Shown: positions 1 through 6,813 of the stretch, piece after piece
Layout of the letters: each line of letters begins with the position of its first letter
How positions within the stretch are numbered: the first letter of the stretch is position 1
Assembly (NCBI GenBank): GCA_023137195.1
Contig: JAGLPV010000022.1
Span: forward strand, 1 to 24,509
Direction of reading: 5' to 3'
Source of the DNA: Candidatus Aenigmatarchaeota archaeon
GTDB lineage: Archaea > EX4484-52
DNA: 24,509 bases
The notes under the pieces: model-generated
What the model was told of the DNA's origin: nothing
Databases searched by the model: none
What the model saw: only the letters and a program-made list of their open reading frames with translations
Position numbers and translations under genes: made by a program

Positions 1-801
1 TATTCCACAAATGGTGCGAAATACTGGACAAGCTTTCAGCCTGATCAAAATGGCACTATGCTTTGGACAATCTGTCGATTTTTTAAGAATAAAGAAATGC
101 CAAAAAAATATGTTGATCTTGTCAATAAACTGGCGAATGGTACCTGTACTATTTGGGACAAAACCCATTTTACCATTAAAGCACAAGATTTATGGGAGAA
201 ATATTTTTGTTACCAGGATTTAAATGAGAATCATGTTTATTCTCTTGCAGCATGTGTGTGCGGACTTAATCTGGCAAATAAAATAACTCCTCATAAGAGA
301 TGGACAACTGTTTCAGAACAGATGACAAAACAAATTCAAAAGGGATATGTTAAAAAACATAAACATTTCACCAGGACTACAGGAGAAATTAAGTTTTTAA
401 AATTGGATGCTTCTCTTCTTGGATTGGTCTATCCATTTAATATACTGGCAGCCGATGACCAAAGAATGATAAATACAGTTAACGTCATGGAGAGAAAAAT
501 ATATAATCAAACAGGATTAGTGAGATACGAGTATGATACATTTGATGGTTGGGCAATTGAAGGGGGTTTTCGAAGAAGGGGATCCGGAAGTTGGCCTCTG
601 CTTAATTTTTGGCTTGTAATTTATTATTCAAAAGTTGGAAATAAAAAAAAAGCTTTAGATGTTTACAATATGACTCTAAAACAATTCGATGATTACATAC
701 CTGAACAGATTTTTGAAAATAATCTGCAACAATCTGTAAAACCCTTGGCTTGGGCGCACGCTATGTTTATTCTTGCCACAAAAGAGCTGGATTTAATATA
801 A
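1..801 (+). CDS. Glycoside hydrolase family 15 (glucoamylase/trehalase-like), 5'-partial
   Basis: Frame 1 is open from base 1 (YSTNGAKYWTSFQPDQNGTMLW), so the gene starts upstream of the window. GH15 motifs: QPDQ, DLWE (catalytic acid), LDASLLGL..PF, GLVRYEYD, WPL..FW, IPEQ (catalytic base), PLAWAHAMF. Confidence 0.85.
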   Translation, partial: YSTNGAKYWTSFQPDQNGTMLWTICRFFKNKEMPKKYVDLVNKLANGTCTIWDKTHFTIKAQDLWEKYFCYQDLNENHVYSLAACVCGLNLANKITPHKRWTTVSEQMTKQIQKGYVKKHKHFTRTTGEIKFLKLDASLLGLVYPFNILAADDQRMINTVNVMERKIYNQTGLVRYEYDTFDGWAIEGGFRRRGSGSWPLLNFWLVIYYSKVGNKKKALDVYNMTLKQFDDYIPEQIFENNLQQSVKPLAWAHAMFILATKELDLI

Positions 802-816
802 CAATTGCATTTCTAT

Positions 817-1261
817 ATGGATATAACAATAACCTTTGCGACAGTAATAGGAGTTTTGACTGTGATAGTTGGAATTCTGGTTAAAGTTCTGGGATTTCCA
901 GATCAATTTATGAAAAATTACAAGTAAATTTTTTAACGAAAAACAATAAAAGAGTCTTATGCCAAGTACTACTTTTAATGTCATAAATAAAGTTCCGGAT
1001 ATAATGTACTTTATTTAGATACGAAAAAATTTTCATGTTGTGTCTAAATTTGTACGTGATATATAGTTTATACACAACAAGAAAAAATCTACAGAAGGAT
1101 TATCTACTTTATTTATGCTTCTTGCATTTGTGTCTTATGTTTTATGGACAATCTATGGGTATCTGCAAAAGGACTGGGTTCTTTTAATTGGGCAAGGGAT
1201 GGGGATATTGACAACGGGAATGATTGTTGCCCAAATAATTTATTATCGAAAAAAGAAGTAA
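817..1261 (+). pseudogene. SemiSWEET/PQ-loop (MtN3) family transporter interrupted by a 157-bp insertion
   Basis: 817-924 reads MDITITFATVIGVLTVIVGILVKVLGFPDQFMKNYK, followed by TAA. 1082-1261 reads KKSTEGLSTLFMLLAFVSYVLWTIYGYLQKDWVLLIGQGMGILTTGMIVAQIIYYRKKK*. Joined they give a 95-aa, 3-TM protein with the P(D)Q..KNYK.KSTEGLS and LW..YG....D signatures. Confidence 0.85.
925..1081. mobile_element. Non-autonomous modular palindromic insertion element, copy 1 (157 bp)
   Basis: Flanked by a direct ACAAG repeat (920-924 / 1077-1081). Colinear and highly similar to 15617-15856. Removal restores the SemiSWEET frame. No credible ORF inside. Confidence 0.8.
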
Positions 1262-2053
1262 GAGGGTTGGATTCTGTTGAGTATAATATTGGGATTTGGA
1301 GAAGTTCGAGATTTGCTCGAATTTGTGTGAAGCGTAGCGAAACATTAAAAGTATTTCTGGTGGTCGGATTTTATTTGCCAACAATTCAATTACTGAAGAT
1401 AATTTTGGAGCAGGGGAGGTTCTGGAATAATCACGAAATAATTGCTCTTTATATTCTTTGATATATTCTATGCTGAAACCTGCTGTTTTCAGGTGGTTGG
1501 AGATTGTGTTTTTGGTGTGGAGATATCTTGAGATTTTTATTGGGGTGTGTTTTCTATCTGAATCTAATAATGGGTATGTGGTCATCTTGGTGTTGTTGTT
1601 ATATTCTGAATTTATTGTGTTTGCTTCCCAGTCTTTTTTTCTTACTACTATGAAAATTCTTCCATTGGGTTTTAATACTCTGTGGAGTTCCTTTAATGTT
1701 TTATCCAGTTCTTGTTTTGTTAAATAATGGAGAATTAATCTGGCGTATATGAAGTCGAAGTATTTGTTGGTGTAGGGTATTGGTTTGGTGATATCTTCTA
1801 TTTTTACATGGATTTGGTTGGATAATTTTAGTTGGTTGATGGTTTTTTTTGTTTTTTCGTATCCTTTTGTGTCTATTGTGGTTGCAATTATTTGTCTTTT
1901 TTTGTTTTGTAAAGCCATTTTTATTTCAGCAAATCCGCATGTGCTGATGCCGGGGGAAAAAATTGATAGGTCTGTGTTTTTGAGTAAACTGACTCCTCTT
2001 TTTTCTGAAGGGGATTGTTTTGCACTAGGGTTATTGGAATTGATATTTTGCAT
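1184..2053 (-). CDS. Class I SAM-dependent methyltransferase-like protein; C-terminal ~60 aa probably a read-through extension
   Basis: Motifs EDITKPIPY..KYFDFIYARLILHYL and LKELHRVLKPNGRIFI; atypical motif I (SPGISTCG). After ELLA the ORF runs through a structured spacer and overlaps the SemiSWEET 3' half. Confidence 0.8.
   Translation of the reverse strand: MQNINSNNPSAKQSPSEKRGVSLLKNTDLSIFSPGISTCGFAEIKMALQNKKRQIIATTIDTKGYEKTKKTINQLKLSNQIHVKIEDITKPIPYTNKYFDFIYARLILHYLTKQELDKTLKELHRVLKPNGRIFIVVRKKDWEANTINSEYNNNTKMTTYPLLDSDRKHTPIKISRYLHTKNTISNHLKTAGFSIEYIKEYKEQLFRDYSRTSPAPKLSSVIELLANKIRPPEILLMFRYASHKFEQISNFSKSQYYTQQNPTLLLLFSIINYLGNNHSRCQYPHPLPN
1276..1341. repeat. Structured spacer motif, copy 1 (TTG..TATAAYAT..AT..AA(G/T)T + hairpin + ATTTG)
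   Basis: gttgagtataatattgggatttggagaagt, then hairpin aagttcgag/ctcgaattt, then GCGTAGC. Same layout as 2104-2220 and 3004-3084. Confidence 0.4.
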
Positions 2054-2103
2054 GGGGGTATAATGGTTGTTGGGGTTATAAATGTTTGGTGGGGGTTGGG
2101 GGA

Positions 2104-2220
2104 ATTGAATATAACATCATGATTAAGAAAATTTAATTTCTCTCTACGAACGATAGTGAGTGAGAGTTGAGAAATTAATTTGGAAAAATCCTGTATGGAT
2201 TTTCTCTTTAATTACTGTTC
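2104..2220. repeat. Structured spacer motif, copy 2
   Basis: attgaatataacatcatgattaagaaaatt, hairpin ttaatttctc/gagaaattaa, atttgg, second hairpin gaaaaatcc/ggattttct. Confidence 0.45.
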
Positions 2221-2295
2221 TGTGGGAGACTGTAAGTCGACCGACCAAAGGGACCGTTTGAAAACCTGCGTCAGAGGTGGTAGATGCGCGCAATC

Positions 2296-2928
2296 CTATC
2301 TGGGAGTTAAATTATAAAACATTATTTGTATCAAATATATCACAATCAACCAAATTATTGAGAGGTCTGAAATATTCCACCAAGTAAAAGTAGTTAAAAG
2401 TAAAAAAACTAAGTGGATATGTTTCATATCTTTATTAAATCCTAATATAATTGGAAGGGTTTTCATTTTTTCTTTCTTATCTTTTGTTATATCTCTAAGG
2501 TCTCCAGCAAAGTTTCTTAATGCAAGTAAGCCTCCTGCAAGAAAAGAGATAGGATTAAGAAATCCAATTATTCCTGATGTAAGAAAATAAGATTGAAGTC
2601 CTCTTAAAAAAGGACTATATGGACTAAAATTAGGCAAATTCTTTTTTGCATAAAAGAAACTGCAAATTAAAAATCCGATAACAAAAAAGGATTTGTAAAA
2701 AACTATTCCACTTAAAAACAAGAATGCCCATAAATATTTTGGGAAAGGCATTCTATATTTGTGTTTATGAGTATATTCTAAAAACAATAAAAAGCCGATA
2801 TGCAAGAATATTACTCCTATAAGTTGGAAATTGTCGGCTTTTATTGCAATTATAAGGAGGATTAAGTCAATTAAAGAATATACCCTGATTTGACCAAGAA
2901 GATTTAATAAAGAATTTTTTGACCTCAT
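2296..2928 (-). CDS. Integral membrane protein, UbiA prenyltransferase-like (210 aa)
   Basis: Start re-assigned to MRSKNSLL (2928), because the upstream ORF extension crosses a hairpin-rich spacer. Multiple TM helices; Asp-rich NFAGDLRDITKD...KTLP motif typical of the UbiA second motif. Confidence 0.6.
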   Translation of the reverse strand: MRSKNSLLNLLGQIRVYSLIDLILLIIAIKADNFQLIGVIFLHIGFLLFLEYTHKHKYRMPFPKYLWAFLFLSGIVFYKSFFVIGFLICSFFYAKKNLPNFSPYSPFLRGLQSYFLTSGIIGFLNPISFLAGGLLALRNFAGDLRDITKDKKEKMKTLPIILGFNKDMKHIHLVFLLLTTFTWWNISDLSIIWLIVIYLIQIMFYNLTPR

Positions 2929-3003
2929 TTTATCAAAAATAGTTGAGTATTTTATTAAGTTATCTATTGCGTGCGCCGTTGGGGGTGAAAAGCAGGTTCT
3001 CTG

Positions 3004-3084
3004 ATTGCTTATAATATGTGAATATGTGAAGTCGGCGTGAGCCGATTTGGGAAAAATTTCAGCAGGAAATTTTTCCGTATATTC
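3004..3084. repeat. Structured spacer motif, copy 3
   Basis: attgcttataatatgtgaatatgtgaagt, hairpin aagtcggc-gtga-gccgattt, second hairpin ggaaaaatttc/gaaatttttcc. Confidence 0.45.
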
Positions 3085-3271
3085 TTTGTGTGGTTCTCCG
3101 AATGGTAGGGGGTGAGGAATAGTTACAAGCGATTTTGCGAAGTGAGAAATCCCAAAGAATTTTTGAGAACGCTGTCTATTATGGTAAAGAATGGAACACC
3201 ACAATAATTATTAACTTAAAAGCAATCAGAAATGTTAGTTTTAAAAAATAATTATTATTTTAATACATAAA

Positions 3272-4297
3272 ATGAATACATTAAGAATTTGGGATACCAC
3301 ACTAAGAGATGGTGAACAATCACCAGGTTTTGCATTAAATACAGATCAGAAAGTAAGAGTTGCAAGACTATTAGAAGAAATAGGTGTGAGTTCTATTGAA
3401 GCAGGGTTTCCTGCAAATAAAGAGCATGATTATGATTCAGTTAAGGCGGTTGCAAAAATCATTGAAAAAGCAGAGGTTGTAGCATTTGCCAGAGCTAAAA
3501 AAGAAGATATTGAATTAGCTGCTAAATCTTTAGAATGTGCAAAATCTCCTGTTATTGCAATACTCGCTCCTGCATCAGATACAAAATTAGAGATTATTGA
3601 TTGGACAAGACAACAAGGATTAGATTACGCAGTTAATGCAGTTCAACTTGCACGCCGGTATGTTGATCAAGTATGTATTGGCGTTGAGTTTGCATCAAAA
3701 GCAGATAAAGGATATCTTAGTACTTTGCTTCAATCTGTAGTTAATGCAGGTGCAACAAGAATTGTTATCTGTGATACAACTGGATTTATGTTGCCCGACC
3801 AATTTGGCAGCCTAGTAGATAATGTTATTAAAACAGTTCAAGGAGATTATATATTGGGTGTTCATTGTCATAATGATTGTGGGATGGGGGTTGCTAATGC
3901 TGTTGAGGCTATAAGAAAGGGAGCAAAAGAAGTTCATGTTACTGCATATGGTATTGGCGAGAGAACAGGAAATACTGCTTTAGAAACATTACTTCAAAAT
4001 ATTTATTATCATAAAGATATTTTGGGATGTACTGCAAACGTAAATTATAAAGCAATAGTGAAAAATATTAGAGAGATTGTAGATATATTTGGTATTCCTG
4101 TTTTACCAAATTCTCCTGTTATTGGTGAAAATGCGTTTGCAACAGGGGCAGGAATGCATATAAAAGGTCAAAATATTTATCATGAAATTGATCCAAATGA
4201 TGTTTATGGAGTTCAATCCTGTGTTTTTTCTGGACCGCATTCAGGTTCAACTAAAGGAAAAGAACGTAAATTGAATCCGATGGATATTACAAAATGA
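3272..4297 (+). CDS. DRE-TIM metallolyase, LeuA/homocitrate/citramalate synthase family, catalytic barrel only
   Basis: DTTLRDGEQSPG, IEAGFP, ICDTTG, HCHNDCGMGVAN, GIGERTGN. 341 aa with no C-terminal regulatory domain; substrate unknown. Confidence 0.85.
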   Translation: MNTLRIWDTTLRDGEQSPGFALNTDQKVRVARLLEEIGVSSIEAGFPANKEHDYDSVKAVAKIIEKAEVVAFARAKKEDIELAAKSLECAKSPVIAILAPASDTKLEIIDWTRQQGLDYAVNAVQLARRYVDQVCIGVEFASKADKGYLSTLLQSVVNAGATRIVICDTTGFMLPDQFGSLVDNVIKTVQGDYILGVHCHNDCGMGVANAVEAIRKGAKEVHVTAYGIGERTGNTALETLLQNIYYHKDILGCTANVNYKAIVKNIREIVDIFGIPVLPNSPVIGENAFATGAGMHIKGQNIYHEIDPNDVYGVQSCVFSGPHSGSTKGKERKLNPMDITK

Positions 4298-4544
4298 ATC
4301 ATAGTTCCCATTCTATCTGTTGGTTCTCAAAATTGACCTGGATTAAATGAGTTTGCAAAACAACTAGGAGACAATGCAACACAGATGGATTGATGTCTTG
4401 TTCTGCGCCCTAAGCCGATGTGAGAGTGTAATGTGGTCGAGGAGCGAAGCGATGAAGAAGTAATTTTAGAGGTGTCCTATCTTATGAACGAAGTGGTATA
4501 TTAAGACATATAAAAGAGGATTTTTGCGTTATTTTTAGATTAAG

Positions 4545-5135
4545 TTATAGATTATAATTTGGATTATCTCTTAACCATACATCTAAAGATATTGCTTTTT
4601 CCAATAGTTTTTGTTTTAGTTCAACATATGAATTGATTTTGTTAATATCTAAAACTTCCCTTTCTTCTAAGAATCGCCCTTCTGAATCATACAGCATTTC
4701 GATAATATATTTATCATCAAAAAGCCAGTAATCAATTGGTTTAAATTCTATTTGATTTACAATCTCATTGTAATTCTTTTCTGACATTAAATAAACCAAT
4801 TCTCCTGCTTTTGCTAAAGGAATATAGCCTATTGTTATCTCAAATTTTAGATAATCTGAGAGTTTAGTTGGAACTACATGAAGTCTTATCGTCTTTTTAC
4901 CTTCTTTTGAATATCTATGAACTCTTTCGAAATACCTTTTTATGTTCTTATTTTCCAGTATAGTTTCACCTTTAAGAAATTTCTGAAAGGAATCCCATTC
5001 CTCTTCAACTCTATAACACTCTAACAATTCAAGTCTGAAGTATTCTTTGTTAAATGATTCTAGGAGATTAGTTAATTTTGGAACATCTAATTTTTCCTCA
5101 TTTGTGTCTTTTTCTATGAGTTTTTTTGTTTTCAT
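4545..5135 (-). CDS. DUF6879-like protein (196 aa)
   Basis: Start re-assigned to MKTKK (5135). Motifs FRLE..Y, RLHVVP..LSDYLKFE, AGE.VY, DYWLFD, Y..EGRF. Confidence 0.75.
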   Translation of the reverse strand: MKTKKLIEKDTNEEKLDVPKLTNLLESFNKEYFRLELLECYRVEEEWDSFQKFLKGETILENKNIKRYFERVHRYSKEGKKTIRLHVVPTKLSDYLKFEITIGYIPLAKAGELVYLMSEKNYNEIVNQIEFKPIDYWLFDDKYIIEMLYDSEGRFLEEREVLDINKINSYVELKQKLLEKAISLDVWLRDNPNYNL

Positions 5136-5287
5136 AATATTTTTAATTGGTACTATATTTAAATCTTTTGTCAAATAAAAATATTTGTGTTTTTTCTGCA
5201 AGAAAAAATCGCTGAAGCGAAGTGGAGGCATAGTATGCTGTGGATTGATTACGTAAAGTATTTAACTGATAAAGACAAAATTATATT

Positions 5288-5500
5288 ATGGCATTAAATA
5301 TATCTGAAAAAATAATAACAAGAGCAACGGTTGCAATGGCACTTGTAGCAGGAATACAAGGAATGGTTGCATTTAAAGATTTCAGTAAGGATATTGATAG
5401 TTTTTTTGGAATCTTAGCACTCATCGTTCTAGGTATTTTTGTTGTACTTGCTTGTGTTTTGGCTTTTGGTGGGATTATGTCTCTAAGGAAAGTTAAGTAA
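5288..5500 (+). CDS. Small 2-TM membrane protein
   Basis: 70-aa ORF with two hydrophobic segments and a basic C-terminus; fills the space between structured spacers. Confidence 0.6.
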   Translation: MALNISEKIITRATVAMALVAGIQGMVAFKDFSKDIDSFFGILALIVLGIFVVLACVLAFGGIMSLRKVK

Positions 5501-5545
5501 TCAATAGAGTAATATCGTATATCATAATTATTATGACTTAATTAA

Positions 5546-5613
5546 TAATACCTGCCAATACAGAGTATTATCATAACTTTTTTCTGTTCCTTACGCTTAC
5601 GACATTTTTCTGC
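5546..5613 (+). repeat. Direct repeat copy A (68 bp)
   Basis: Aligns with 6601-6667. The last 30 bp (ctgttccttacgcttacgacatttttctgc) are identical. Confidence 0.9.
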
Positions 5614-5643
5614 TTCATTTATTTTAATTCTCTTTAAGAATAT

Positions 5644-6471
5644 TTATTTTTCAGAAATTATTTTATCATTATAATAAAGTTCTATTTTAATGATTTTTGC
5701 ATTTGTGAATGTCACTGTTTTAACATTACTCTTAGGAGATACAATCATTCCTGTGCTTTCTACCTCTTTTTGTGCAATTTCATCAAAGTACACCTTAATT
5801 CTATCTTTATCTGGCGGAAATCTAAACAATTCAAATTCTTTAGTTTCGCCAAGAGCCGGAGTCCATTCAAATCCTTCAGTAAAAACTAAATTCCAGAAGT
5901 GTTTTGCATCCATGCCCAAACCTAATTTTGAGTAAATTTCCTTATATTTTTCATCTGGCTCATCGATAGTTAATGACTTATTATTATCCTCAAAATTTTT
6001 AACTACAAAAATAACCAGTATTAATATGAACAATATAAACAAACTTTGCTTAATGAATCGTTTTTTCATAGGAGAATATTGGCGTACTTTGGATTCTGAT
6101 TCATGGTGTGTTTTGGGTTCTTGAGGCTCTTTGGGTTTTGAAAACCTAACACCATATTCTAATAGACCTTCTTGAATTATTTTATTTGTATGTGTTAATT
6201 GGTCTGGATATATCCATATGCACTTAATATTATTGAGCTCATAAACTCGCCTTTTCTCTTTGTAACGTTGTTTATGCTCATTATTGGTGTTCCAATTGCC
6301 TAAAAATTCTATGTAAATATCTTCTTCAGGTAAATAAAAATCGGCATCTCTAAATTTTTTAGTATCTCCCTTGAGATTAAAAATTCTCTTTTCCTGTATA
6401 AAATTAAGTTTGAGGTGTTTTAGTTCTGATTTTACTGCTCTTTCTCCAGGAGTTTCATCATGAGTATTCAT
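5644..6471 (-). CDS. PD-(D/E)XK-like nuclease domain + single TM + C-terminal domain
   Basis: N-terminal TPGE...ADFYLP..DIYIEFLG...K...Y resembles DUF559/Vsr-like nucleases; TM segment FILFILILVIFVV. Confidence 0.65.
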   Translation of the reverse strand: MNTHDETPGERAVKSELKHLKLNFIQEKRIFNLKGDTKKFRDADFYLPEEDIYIEFLGNWNTNNEHKQRYKEKRRVYELNNIKCIWIYPDQLTHTNKIIQEGLLEYGVRFSKPKEPQEPKTHHESESKVRQYSPMKKRFIKQSLFILFILILVIFVVKNFEDNNKSLTIDEPDEKYKEIYSKLGLGMDAKHFWNLVFTEGFEWTPALGETKEFELFRFPPDKDRIKVYFDEIAQKEVESTGMIVSPKSNVKTVTFTNAKIIKIELYYNDKIISEK

Positions 6472-6600
6472 ATTGATTTAATTCTTTAATAGCTATTTAC
6501 ACCCACTTATACTTTAAAATGTTTTTGATAAAACAATACATTTCTGTAATTTATTTATCTATTAAAATTATCGAATACAATTCTGGTTTTTTCTAATAAG

Positions 6601-6667
6601 TAATACCTACCAATACAGCATATTATTCTAACCACTCCTGTTCCTTACGCTTACGACATTTTTCTGC
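6601..6667 (+). repeat. Direct repeat copy B (67 bp)
   Basis: Aligns with 5546-5613. Confidence 0.9.
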
Positions 6668-6742
6668 ATCCTTGCAAAATTTGCGTGCAGAAAAATACCA
6701 TGAAAATCGCTGGGCTTACGCTAAATACCGCGCTTTTCAAGG

Positions 6743-6813
6743 TTAAAAAGGGCTCACGGCGGAATTCATAAAATCCAGGGTTACGATGAATTCCTTTGTT
6801 CGCTCCTTTTTAA
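6743..6813 (-). terminator. Hairpin directly downstream of tRNA-Leu (terminator/processing candidate)
   Basis: ttaaaaagg/cctttttaa outer stem and ggaattcat/atgaattcc inner stem. Confidence 0.35.

Noticed and set aside
793-984. Similar short ORFs 793-984(-) and 15587-15811(-) as a peptide family
   Set aside because: The similarity is only the shared non-coding element read in antisense; their starts and ends differ.
994-1021. dif-like TCCGGATATAA-TGTACT-TTATTTAGATA inside the element
   Set aside because: Copy 2 has a 2-bp insertion and substitutions that break the 11-6-11 spacing, while the flanking hairpin arms stay intact.
925-1081. Insertion as an archaeal bulge-helix-bulge mRNA intron
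   Set aside because: I could not build the central 4-bp helix at the junctions, and the homologous copy lies antisense to its host gene, which argues for a DNA-level element.
2929-3204. N-terminal extension of ORF 2296-3204 (likewise 5136-5231 of ORF 4545-5231)
   Set aside because: They run through hairpin-rich spacers and look non-protein-like; downstream ATGs give coherent proteins.
4295-4504. Four successive in-frame TGA codons after the LeuA-like ORF (possible TGA recoding)
   Set aside because: The read-through product does not resemble the LeuA C-terminus and crosses a hairpin spacer. The gene uses TGG for Trp, and TGA is a normal stop for the helicase. Probably chance.
1262-6813. Classical tRNA-integrated island or provirus
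   Set aside because: No duplicate of the tRNA-Leu 3' end and no integrase or viral genes seen in the window.
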